In this document: positions 28,572-38,503 of the stretch, one piece after another
Layout: every line of letters starts with the position of its first letter
Position numbering within the stretch: the stretch's first letter is position 1
Source: an uncultured delta proteobacterium
GTDB lineage: Bacteria > Desulfobacterota > Binatia > Binatales > Binataceae
Assembly (NCBI GenBank): GCA_963734845.1
Contig: CAVTIS010000008.1
Location: 236,419 to 300,418, forward strand
DNA: 64,000 nucleotides
Reading direction: 5' to 3'
Translations under genes and position numbers: made by a program
Notes under the pieces: model-generated
Told to the model about the DNA's origin: nothing
What the model saw: the letters and a program-made list of their open reading frames with translations, nothing else
Database searches by the model: none

Positions 28572-29526
28572 TTACCGCGCAGAATCATCCGTGGATTGAA
28601 TGAGCCGATAGGCAGCGCGGCAGACCTCCGATTCGCGAGTTAATAGGTTCACGTCACAAAAGGCCGCTACTTCTGGATACGGGACGCGGGCATCTACAGG
28701 TCTTCCACCCTTTAGGATTGCGCTGGCCTCGCACTTCGGCGACGCGGGAGCGTAGACGCCCCGCGCGCAAAGTGGCGCAACCTCAGACCACGATTCCGCT
28801 TGGCCATTCGGCCCTCTACCTGCGTACCCCCCGTAGCGGCGCAATTCCTGAAGAACATCAACCTCTGGAATGCCATAAGTAACCGGATTTAGTAGTCGCT
28901 TGACGACCGTGGAACTCGCGGAGCGGTCACCCCCGCCGTGCGTGACCAGGCAAAGGGCAAGACTCTGCTCCAAGTAATTGGCGTCGCAAAACTTCGCCAC
29001 ATCGTCAAGAGGAATCGGTTTTGTGTCGCCCCAACCATCCACGGCTAGCTGTGCCGCATGGCAGCGCGCGGACGTTGGTTGGTAGTTCCCCAACCGGCAG
29101 CCTTGTTCGACTTGCGGCCATTCTTCCGTTTTTTCTGTGATCTCGCCCTCCATATGTCCCTGTGCCAACGCCTGCCCGACATAGCTTCCGATAATTACGC
29201 TCGTGCGATCTGCCGCGGCTGCCGACGCCGCGGACGAAACGCTCGGCGAACTCTCCCCGGCAGGAGTGTGCAGCTCTGAACTCCCTTCAGGCGCTCGCCT
29301 TACGACGTCGGGAGTTTCCCGCATTCCTTCCCGCGATACGCATCCAGGCATCGAGAGTGTGAATGCTCCAAACCCCGATGAGCACCCCCGCTGCAAGGCT
29401 CGCTATGGCTACGACACACATTGCCCTAAATGCTCGTTGGGCCTTACGCCAGCTCAGCACGAGATAGAGCAAAACCGCTGACACGATCACCGCGGCAGAG
29501 ATAATGAGGAAATGCCAGTAACTCAT
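28572..29526 (-). CDS. membrane-anchored Cys-rich protein; two overlapping ORFs (29287..29526 with 2 TM; 28572..29396 with the Cys-rich domain) that probably form one gene with a frameshift
   Basis: N-terminal ORF 'WHFLIISAAVIVSAVLLYLVLSW...VVAIASLAAGVLIGVWSI' has two TM helices. The downstream ORF has repeated 'VA(K/A)FCD(A/V)N(Y/L)L...C' modules and no signal peptide of its own. Confidence 0.35.
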
Positions 29527-29961
29527 TCGCTGCGCTCTGGCCTGGAATCGCGGGACTGGCGGCAGGCCGCCTCAATCGGATGCAGCTCAATCGTCATCAA
29601 TGCGCCGGTCTTCGGTCTGGTCGGCGCTTTGCGCTCTTTGGAAACTTTCTTCCAGCGGGCGCGTGCCGCCTTGCGCGCGGATCGCGCACGCTGCTCGGGC
29701 GTCATCCTTCCTCCCTCGCCGCCCAGCCGCCCGCAGCACGAAGCGGGAGCGGCACCAGTAAATACCAGACGACTAAAGCGAGCGGGGCAGCGTGGCGTGG
29801 CTTCATAAGCAACGTCTATCGAGGTAACCGCGCGGATCAAAGTCGCAGTGGAATAGACCCAGCACGCTAATTTTCGCGCGTTCGTACCACGTCTTTAGGA
29901 CATCGGCCACTACATTGCAGCGGCTATTCGTTTAGTTCGTCCAGTAGCGCCTTCGCGTCCT

Positions 29962-32900
29962 TCAAATGGCGGTGTCGAAGCCTTCAGTGAACCAGCCATA
30001 GATTTCGGCGAGCATTGTTCGCGCTTCGTCGCGCCGGCCCTGTTTCACGAGCAGCCGCGCGAGGCTCGTAATCGCGCGCAGTTCCCATGCTTTCGCCCCA
30101 GTGCTACGGGCGCGCGTGACGGCCTCGCGAAAGCCCGCTTCGGCCAGTTTTGTCTGCCCTTGTTTGAGCCGGAGTTCTCCGCGTAGCCTCAGAGCATCGG
30201 AGCGGTGGGCGAGTGCGTCGGGATTCACCTGGAGAGCCCGTTCGACCGTTTCAAGCGCTTCGACGATGGCGCCTTTGCGCCCTAACGCCTCGGCTAGGGA
30301 TGCGGTATAAGCGGGGATGGTTAGACGCAACCCGCCTTCGAGCAAACTAGCTGTCCCCTGACGAAGCAGCTCAATACCCTCGGTCGGGCGGCCCAGTTGC
30401 GTTCGCGCCCGACCGAGAGCACATCGGGAAAATGCTGCCTCGGGTGCAATTGATTTTTCTCCGATAGCTCGAGCGCTCGCGCCGCCAGAGCCTCGGCTTG
30501 CTTGTCTTCACTCAGTAAATCGTAAATGTAGCGGCGGCTATCCCTGATATCGCTAGGTCGTGCGGGTTGTTCTCGTTCACGGCTGCCATCATCCGGGCCA
30601 TTCACTTCGCCAAGCAACGTCGGCTCGGCCAAGCATCCATCGTTGTAGCTTGCTACACTGAAGGTCCATAACGCAGCTCCGGGGTCCTGTTTGAAGCCGG
30701 GATCGTCGAAAAACTTGAGCCCAGCCATGTAGTGAGCGTCGGCGGCGAGCGGAATCGCCATGGTGGTGGCGCGTTAAGGTTTGGACCGCATGCGCCATCC
30801 CGATAACGCGGGAACTGCCTTCGCGAAGAGCAAGCTCGAGCGCTTGGTCGGCGAGCATAGATGCGGCCGGTAAATCCCCCGAGTTGAAGGGGCCGAGCCA
30901 TCTCCGCGTCGCCCAACTGACGAATTGCGTGAGGTTACCGCTCCTCTCAGCGAGCGCCACAGCCTCATCGATAGCGTCGGTAGTTTCGCACGCGGCATAC
31001 CCTGTGGTGACGTAGAGCATCTGCAGCCCCTTCTTGCCTAAGCTCCAGTTCGCGAAGGTCACGCCCGGACGATTCGGGTAACAGGTTCATCAGCGCCACA
31101 GCCTGCTGGTAACTCCTCAGCGCTTTGCTGAACGCGTTGCGCGTCCGTGCGGTCTCGCCCGCCCTTGACCATTCGGTGATCGCTGATTCGGTTTCGCCGG
31201 CTTCTGTCCAGTGACGAGCAAGGACTTCGGGCTGCGCTTCTGCTATAGCGGAAAATTTCTCCGTCGATCATCTGCGCGACGCGACGACGCAAACCCGCTC
31301 GCCGGCTCTTTAGCAACGCTTCGTAGGCCGTGTCCCGGACCAGTGGTGCTTAAAGGTGTAGTTCGCTTCGGGCGGAATCCCGCGAACTTAAATTAGTTTC
31401 GGCATCGGCGAGCTTGCGCAGAGCTCCTTCCAAATCCTCTTCGTCGATTGGATGTACCGCGTGCAGCAATTCGTAGGAAAATTCGCTGCCAATTACGGCG
31501 CCGACCTGCGCCACCTCCTTGGCAGTCCCAGTCGATTTAGCTGCGCCATCAACGAGTCATTTAAGGTCACCGGAATTTCGTGCCCTGTAAGTTTCGCATT
31601 GCTAATTTCGAGCATGACTCAGTCAGCTCTTCCAGAAAAGAGGAACCCCGCCGGTCCGCTCGACTATCGTCGCGATGGTCTTTTACAATGCCTTTTGCGC
31701 TGCTACTTCTCCCAATTATCGTGCGGACGTTGCGCAGGTTAGCCGGTTGAGTGATTTGGGTATGATGCGCCCGCGGCGGCCACTGAGCGAGAAAACCGGG
31801 GCACGTGGTGTACAGCAACAGCAGCTGTGCGGTCGCCTGCTCGATGAGAAGTTGGATCAGCTCCCGCTCAAGGGTCAGCCCAGTGCAGTCTTCGATCGCG
31901 ATTATTGTCGGCTGCATTCGGGCCGCGCCAAGCAGCCCACTCGACCAGCGTCGCGAGCAGGCGGCGGCGCTGCTGTTCGGGTGGAGCGGTAGCGGCGGAG
32001 ACTTCGCCGGTAGCGGCAGATTCAAGAGCGGCGCAATCAGCGGTAGCGCTTCGGCAGGCTCCAGTCTGCAAGTAACAGACGGGATTCCAGTTGCCCGAGC
32101 TGCTCCTCCGCCGAGTCGTCGCTCGCCACGCCAGAAATTCGCGAAGCATTTCAGTAACTGCGTAGAAGGGTGTGTTTTGAAAAAGGCCCCGGCCGCCGCC
32201 TCTACCCAGGTGTGTGGAGTACCCGCGATCTGTTCATGGAAGCGCTGCACCAGGCGCGATTTGCCGATCCCGGCCTCGCCGATGATCAGCGTCACCTGGC
32301 CTTCGCCTTCGAGCGCACGCTCCCATCGACTCATGAGCAGGCGCAGTTCGTGTTCGCGCCCGACAAACGGAGTCAGTCCACGCGTTGCCGCGGCCGCTTC
32401 GAACCGCCCGCGTACTCCGCTGGGCTGGACTACCCGGTAAAGCTGAACTGGCCGTTCCGATGCCCTTGAGCGCCTGTGCTCCGCGATCTTCAACCACGAA
32501 CAGCCCGGAGATCAGCCGATGCACGGCGTCGGTGATAACCACCGTGCCTGGCTCTGCAGCCGACTGGACCCGAGCGGCGATATTGGCGTGTACCAAGACA
32601 TCGGTGTCTTTGCCCGCGCCGGTGCCAACCACCACCGTGCCTAATCGATCCCAACCCGCGCGGCGAGTCTTGGGTGCGTTGGATGCTCGTTGAGCTTCGA
32701 GATCGCGTCGAGGATTGCGAGGCCCGCGCGCGCTGCCCGCTCAGCATCGTTGTCGTGCGCTTCGGGCCAGCCGAAGTAGGCCATCACGCCGTCGCCGAGG
32801 TACTGCGCTACGTGCCCGCCGAAGCGCTCGATGGCCTGCGCCGCCGCGTGATGGTACTCGCCGACGATTTCGCGCCACTGCTCGGGATCCAGATGGCTGG

Positions 32901-33267
32901 CTATCTGGGTTGACCCGACCAGATCGCAGAAAAGTACCGTCAGATGGCGGCGCTCGCCCTGTGGCGCTTCATGTGGCTCACCGTGTTCGATGCTGATGGG
33001 CGTGGCTGACAGAGGAGCGGCCGTGGGTTGGGAGAGATCGGCGCCGCAGTCGCCGCAAAATTTCTGGCCGACAGGATTCTCAACACCGCACCTCGCACAG
33101 CGGTTGCCAAGCGGCGCACCGCAGTCACCGCAGAACCGTTTGCTGTTTGGATTTTCAGAGCCGCAGCTGGTGCAACGCATCGGCTTACCTGGGAAAAACA
33201 AGCGACTGGTCCTTCTTGTATCACCCGGCGCCGGGAAAGGGCAGCGGGCGCGGAAAGACGATCGCAT
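29962..33267 (-). pseudogene. zinc-ribbon / class III adenylate-guanylate cyclase / AAA ATPase / TPR signal-transduction regulator (~1100 aa), broken into at least 5 ORFs by frameshifts
   Basis: N-terminus has three CxxC...CxxC zinc ribbons. 'RRHLTVLFCDLVGST...GDGVMAYFG' and 'GTVVVGTGAGKDTDVL...NIAARVQ' are cyclase-domain signatures. 'FVGREHELRLL...GEAGIGKSRL' is the AAA Walker A. The TPR region ends '...[16 protein letters not shown]'. ORFs 32641..33267, 32234..32635, 31567..32493, 30589..31062 and 29962..30345 sit in different frames; the junction at 32641 is restored by one extra A. Confidence 0.75.
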
Positions 33268-33358
33268 CGTCCCATCGCCTCATAGAGCGGTAGAGACCGT
33301 GCTCGTAGGAGGAATTAGGATGAGGAAGAAGTCCGTGGCCAGAGAGACTAGCGCGGGC

Positions 33359-33973
33359 CTACTCCGCCGATTGTAGCGGCGCGAGTTTGTCTACCCGCTT
33401 CTTGAGCCGCTTGAGGCGCAGCGCCAGGAAAATCAGGAGCGCTGCGAGCAGCAGAGCTGCCAGAGCAACGATCCACGAGATGGCGACCACACCGGTTCCT
33501 GGCCAGATCAGCAATATCAGGCCGACTACTGCCACCGCTCCGCCCATAGTGGTCATGAGGCCACGCTCGGTGTCCTCGACGTTCGCCCGGCGAGCGGCCA
33601 GGATGTTACTTACCCCGGTGAAGAGCGCCCAGCCGCCGAAGACCATCAGTAGGGTTCGGACGGAGGTGCTGGGCCAAGACAGGAGTAACCCACCGACCAC
33701 GAGGCTTACGACAGCCTGCAGCAGGTAGGTGCCGCGGTCGGACGCCCGTAGCGCTCCCACTAGTCCAGGCAAACCGTCCGCCAGCAAATAGAGACCGATC
33801 ATACGCGTCAGGATTGTGAAACTGAGAGTTGGCCAGATGATCGCGCAGATGCCTAGCACTGCAGCGAACGCGCCGCGCAGCATAAAGGCCCACCATATGT
33901 CGCCGAGTCTGCCGCTCACGCGACTCTGCACTCCGGCTGCAAGGGACTGGAGGAGCTCCTTTCGTTCGTTCAT
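33359..33973 (-). CDS. HdeD-family (DUF308) acid-resistance membrane protein
   Basis: 204 aa with six hydrophobic segments in the repeated DUF308 pattern ('GIL..I.G...L..P..S...L'). Confidence 0.6.
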   Translation of the reverse strand: MNERKELLQSLAAGVQSRVSGRLGDIWWAFMLRGAFAAVLGICAIIWPTLSFTILTRMIGLYLLADGLPGLVGALRASDRGTYLLQAVVSLVVGGLLLSWPSTSVRTLLMVFGGWALFTGVSNILAARRANVEDTERGLMTTMGGAVAVVGLILLIWPGTGVVAISWIVALAALLLAALLIFLALRLKRLKKRVDKLAPLQSAE

Positions 33974-34255
33974 GGTGTATTTCCTCGTAGCGTTTCCCGA
34001 CGTTCACGCCATGCATGCGCTAAACATGTGGCTCCCCGTCGTGATTGAATTTTCTGAATGAACAACCTACGCCCCTCGAGGGGGTGACCGCGACCAAGCC
34101 TCACTGGGCCAGGAAGCGGTAGCGAGAAACCCGAAAGACCGCCGCGGCGTCCAGTCTGAATCGGTTTCGCGCCCGCGCGCGTTTGCTGCTCCCGATACGA
34201 CTGTGCCAGCCTTCGATGGATAGGCGTCAACGACGATGCTTGATCGGAGGCGAAC

Positions 34256-35701
34256 ATGAAAGGCCAACTCACAGACCTTGATGCCACCGAACAGGCTGAA
34301 CTGGTCCGTAAAAAAGAAGTCTCGCCACTCGAACTGGTCGACGCGGCCATGGCCCGCATAGAAAGAGTGAATCCTCAACTCAACGCCGTCATCACGCCAC
34401 TGTTTGAAAAGGCGCGCGCGCAGGCCCGCGCCGTGATTCCCGATGGCCCGCTGCGCGGAGTACCGTTTCTGCTCAAGGACCTGATGTGCATGTCTGAAGG
34501 GGACCCAATCCACAACGGCATGCGGCTGTTCCGTGAGGCTGGCATCATTGCCCCGTACGACACCTACTTGGCAGCAAAGTTCAAGGCCGCGGGGCTAGTC
34601 TGTATCGGCAAGACCAATACTCCCGAGTTGGGACTCAATGTCACGACCGAGCCCGAAGTATACGGGCCCAGTCGCAACCCTTGGGATTTGTCCCGATCCA
34701 CGGGCGGCTCCAGCGGTGGTTCCGCCGCCGCGGTCGCATCGAGGATGGTGGCAGTCGCTCACGCCAATGACGGCGGCGGTTCGATTCGTATCCCGGCCAG
34801 CGAATGCGGCCTCGTCGGACTAAAGCCTTCGCGTGGCCGTGTGTCCCTTGGCCCCGACATGGGCGACGCATGGCATGGACTCGCGATCGAAGGAGTGGTG
34901 AGCCGATCGGTGCGGGACACCGCTACCGTCCTCGACGCGATCGCCGGCAACATGCCCGGCGATCCGTATTCGGCGCCGCCGCAGCGCCGCCCGTTCATCC
35001 AGGAAGTTGGCGCCAACCCCGGCCGGCTGCGCATCGGCGTAATGAAGCAGACGCCGCAGGGAGGCGCCGCACTACATCCCGACTGCGTGGCTGCGGCTGA
35101 GGACGGCGCCCGCCTGATGCAGTCGCTGGGACACACCGTCGAAGAGTCGCACCCGGCGGCACTGGACGAAAATGAATTCGTCGAGCGCTTCAACGACGTG
35201 GTCTGCGCCCATGCCAGGGCGCTGCTCGATCAGATTGGCACGCTGTTCGGCAGAGAGATCAAAGAGGACGACCTCGAGCTATGGACGTGGACCTTGGCTC
35301 AGCGGGGCGCGCGAACTTCCGCCAGCCAATACCTTGCCTCCATCCTGTGGTTGCAGGTCTGGACTCGCCGGGTCGCCCGATGGTGGTCAGAAGAGAAGTT
35401 CGATCTCCTGCTAACGCCGACGCTCGCCGAGCCACCTCCCCCTCTGGGGACGCTGATTGCATCGAAGGACAATCCCACACGCGTTTGGCAGCGGGTGGCC
35501 GACCTGATCCAGTTCACGCCGCAGTACAACGCCACGGGCCAGCCGGCAATGTCGCTGCCGTTGTATTGGAACGCGGCGGGCTTGCCGATCGGAATTCAGT
35601 TGGTGGCGGCTTTCGGGCGCGAGGACCTGCTCCTCCAGGTTGCGGCACAGGCAGAGCAAGCGCGGCCATGGAAAGACCGCCGTCCGCCGGTCTGCGCGTA
35701 G
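34256..35701 (+). CDS. amidase (amidase-signature family), second paralog
   Basis: '[13 protein letters not shown]', 'PFLLKDLM', 'GKTNTPELG'. Confidence 0.9.
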   Translation: MKGQLTDLDATEQAELVRKKEVSPLELVDAAMARIERVNPQLNAVITPLFEKARAQARAVIPDGPLRGVPFLLKDLMCMSEGDPIHNGMRLFREAGIIAPYDTYLAAKFKAAGLVCIGKTNTPELGLNVTTEPEVYGPSRNPWDLSRSTGGSSGGSAAAVASRMVAVAHANDGGGSIRIPASECGLVGLKPSRGRVSLGPDMGDAWHGLAIEGVVSRSVRDTATVLDAIAGNMPGDPYSAPPQRRPFIQEVGANPGRLRIGVMKQTPQGGAALHPDCVAAAEDGARLMQSLGHTVEESHPAALDENEFVERFNDVVCAHARALLDQIGTLFGREIKEDDLELWTWTLAQRGARTSASQYLASILWLQVWTRRVARWWSEEKFDLLLTPTLAEPPPPLGTLIASKDNPTRVWQRVADLIQFTPQYNATGQPAMSLPLYWNAAGLPIGIQLVAAFGREDLLLQVAAQAEQARPWKDRRPPVCA

Positions 35702-35778
35702 CTCGCGAGCGCTGGCGCAGACGCCGCGAGGGCTTCTTCAAGCTCGGGCCGTAGCAGTGCTTAGAAAGGACTAGCCGA

Positions 35779-36453
35779 ATGTGTGGGCGATTCACCCTGA
35801 CTTGGGACGAATGGCGGCGAGTTGCCGAGGCGCTCAGGATCGACGATGACAGTGATGTGGCGGCGATCTATCGACCACGCTTCAATATCGCGCCGACAAA
35901 TCAGCATTTCATCGTTACCTCCGAGTTCGAGCGTCGAAGGGTACAACGCGCACGCTGGGGTTTGGTCAATCGGCGTGCCACCGACAACCGACGCGCCAGC
36001 CAGTGCATCAACGCCAAGGCCGAGACGCTCGAACAGCGGGCGACCTTTCGTGAGGCCTTCCAGCAGCGCCGTTGCGTCGTTCCCGCTGACGGTTTCTACG
36101 AATGGACCGGCCCCAAGGGCAAGCGCCAACCGCTATGGATTCACCCGCGCGCCGGCGACCTGATGCTCTTCGCCGGCCTGTATGAAAGCTGGTACCCGGA
36201 ACGGAATAAGCCCGAGGTCACGTTCACGATCGTGACGTGCGCCGCGAATGCAGTGATCGGTGAGATTCACGATCGAATGCCGGTCATTCTCGACGAACGC
36301 GCGGCGGAGGACTGGATGAATCCGCGAGACGAAGACCCGCTCTCGCTAAAACAGCTGCTCGTGCCCGCGCCTTCGGAGCTGCTCGTGATGCAGCCCGCCT
36401 CGCCGCTCGCAAACAGCGTGAAAAACGAGGGCCCCGCGCTTCTCGAGCCGTAA
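35779..36453 (+). CDS. SOS response-associated peptidase (SRAP / YedK / HMCES family), abasic-site sensor
   Basis: Starts 'MCGRFTL' (catalytic Cys2), with 'RFNIAPT', 'INARAET', 'RCVVPADGFYEW' and 'DRMPVIL' as conserved SRAP blocks. Confidence 0.9.
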   Translation: MCGRFTLTWDEWRRVAEALRIDDDSDVAAIYRPRFNIAPTNQHFIVTSEFERRRVQRARWGLVNRRATDNRRASQCINAKAETLEQRATFREAFQQRRCVVPADGFYEWTGPKGKRQPLWIHPRAGDLMLFAGLYESWYPERNKPEVTFTIVTCAANAVIGEIHDRMPVILDERAAEDWMNPRDEDPLSLKQLLVPAPSELLVMQPASPLANSVKNEGPALLEP

Positions 36454-36816
36454 CCGGCGAATCGAGCGAGTCGGTCACCGGAAGGCTCCGGGCAAACAAC
36501 GCTGAGGGGATAGCAGGGCTCGAGTTTCCGGTGAACGTGTTGTGCGCTGGCCTTGATCTCAGCCTAGTCTGGCTGCCGACAAGCAGCATCGCCAGGGGGA
36601 CGAATCATGACGGCAGGTCCGGAGGCTGGCTTCTGATCGCGACGGGTCCACGCGGTCACGATCCCACTATCGTATGGGGAATCGAGCTACGCATCCCGTG
36701 CGCATCACCAATGTCCGAGTTCTGTCCAAAACCGGTGATTGCGAACCGGCCCTGCGCCAGGAGATGAAAGCGCGGCGCCCGAGGTCTGATCTTCAGCGTC
36801 GGCCGAACAGCGGCGG

Positions 36817-37359
36817 TTAAGTTACCTTGAGTTTCGCACCGGTCGCGGGGGAAGCCGTCTGCGCCATCTTGGTACCCGCGTCGTAATATCGCTGAGCCCA
36901 GATCCCCGAGTACGGTTCGTTCTCGGTTGGCATTCGCCAGGTCGTCACTTTCACCTTCGCGCGGTCGACGCCAATCAATGCCCGCGGCTGGTCTTTCGTT
37001 TCGGTCAGGTAGTAGTCGGCCGACGCCTCGTCGACGTAGCGGCATGCGATCCGCCGGTAGACGTCGTCCCACTTGCGATCGTCGCCCGGTTCAAAAAGAA
37101 TCTCGGCCTTTCCCTCGAAGAGCACCTTTCGGTAACGTCCCGCTTCCTCGTCAATCGTGATCGCAATGCGCGGCTCCCGCCGGAGGTTCTGAAGAAATGC
37201 CGAATGCTTTCGCGGAGTGATCAGGACCTTGCCGCCCTCGAAAATGAACCAGACCGGAACGACGCTCGGGGATCCATCGGCGCGGACGGTCGCGATGCGG
37301 GCCAGATGGCTCCGCTCAGCCAAAAAATCCTTCATTTCCTGATCGGTAAGCTTCGGCAT
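36817..37359 (-). CDS. pyridoxamine 5'-phosphate oxidase-like (PPOX class, probably F420/FMN-binding split-barrel) protein
   Basis: 'LAERSHLARIATVRADGSPSVVPVWFIFEGGKVLI' is the typical PPOX split-barrel N-terminal pattern. Confidence 0.6.
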   Translation of the reverse strand: MPKLTDQEMKDFLAERSHLARIATVRADGSPSVVPVWFIFEGGKVLITPRKHSAFLQNLRREPRIAITIDEEAGRYRKVLFEGKAEILFEPGDDRKWDDVYRRIACRYVDEASADYYLTETKDQPRALIGVDRAKVKVTTWRMPTENEPYSGIWAQRYYDAGTKMAQTASPATGAKLKVT

Positions 37360-37465
37360 CGTCTGCCCCTCCTGACAACCTGTGCGGCGCGGCTTCCGGC
37401 TTCGCAGGCGAGATCGCCCAGTTGCGGTGACCAGGCCAAGATTGCTGACTGCGGCTTGCCAGCGC

Positions 37466-37865
37466 CTATTTGCCGAACGCGCTCGTCACCAGTTCGGTGT
37501 CGAGGTATTCGGTCACTTCCTGCACCTTCCCGTTAGCGATACGAAATACGTGGCAATAGGTATTGTTATATGAGCGGCCGTTCTTCGACCGAGCCTTGCC
37601 GTGGGCTTGCATCGCTACGTAATCGCCGTCGGCGATCAGGTTGTCCGGTGTCACCGCGATACCGCCTTCGAGCTGCGCGGTCAGCGGGCCCAGCAGCTTG
37701 CCAATCAGTTCCTGCTTGCCGTTGAAGGTACCCGGAGTACTTAGTGGTGCCGATAATGGTATAGCGAACATCGTCAGCGATGCTGCCGAGAAACACTTTC
37801 GTGTTGCCTTTCGACAGCTCGATGAACATGTTGCTGATGAATCGCTTATTCTCGGCTGCTCCCAA
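37466..37865 (-). pseudogene. NTF2-like / SnoaL-like protein, interrupted by a single frameshift at ~37731-37735
   Basis: ORF 37566..37865 'ENKRFISNMFIELSKGNTKVFLGSIADDVRYTIIGTTKYSG' continues in the +1 frame as 'TFNGKQELIGKLLGPL...VAMQAHGKARSKNGRSYNNTYCHVFRIANGKVQEVTEYLD' (ORF 37466..37900). Removing one nt from 'ccgggtacc' restores 'KYSGTFNGK'. Confidence 0.6.
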
Positions 37866-38503
37866 TGGTTTTCACCTGCGACGGCTTTAGCCTCACGCAC
37901 TTTACTCTCGTCGGCAAGTCACCGTCAAAGTAAGCCAGCGCGGCGACCAGGGTCGGCAGCGCACGATTTTGAAGCTTTGCCCAATGACCCCACGGCGGTA
38001 CCGGGACGTCGAGGGCGCTGGCAGATTTTGCGAGACCATGACCGGAGACGCCGAAGTCCTCCCAGCAGGGTCGTCATCGGCCGCCCATCATCCATTCGGC
38101 GATCGGAACCCCAACTCCAAGAGTCCAACTTCGTGAGCGATCGTATCCCGAGTCTTCGGGCGATGGGAATACTCCTCTTGTCGGCATAGCCATCAAGGCA
38201 GGCTATCCACCGAAACCACCAATCAATCTAGCGCGGATCAGGTTTTGCGCAGGGACAGGCGGTCCGTTTAAGCAAGTTTTGGGCTCGCGGACCGCCTCTC
38301 GCTCAACCGCCCCGCCAGGGGAACTACATCAACCGACTCTACCTATAGCTGCGGGTAAATCGGAGAGCACGCCAACGTGCCGCGTCATCCAGGCAGGCTT
38401 GAATCCTCTCAGCCGGCCAGACGAGCGTGACGGCACGCTCAATTTTCTTGTCGTGCGCGCTTCGTCCTAATTCCGCCGGAGGCTTCTTTCGATTGAACCC
38501 TAT

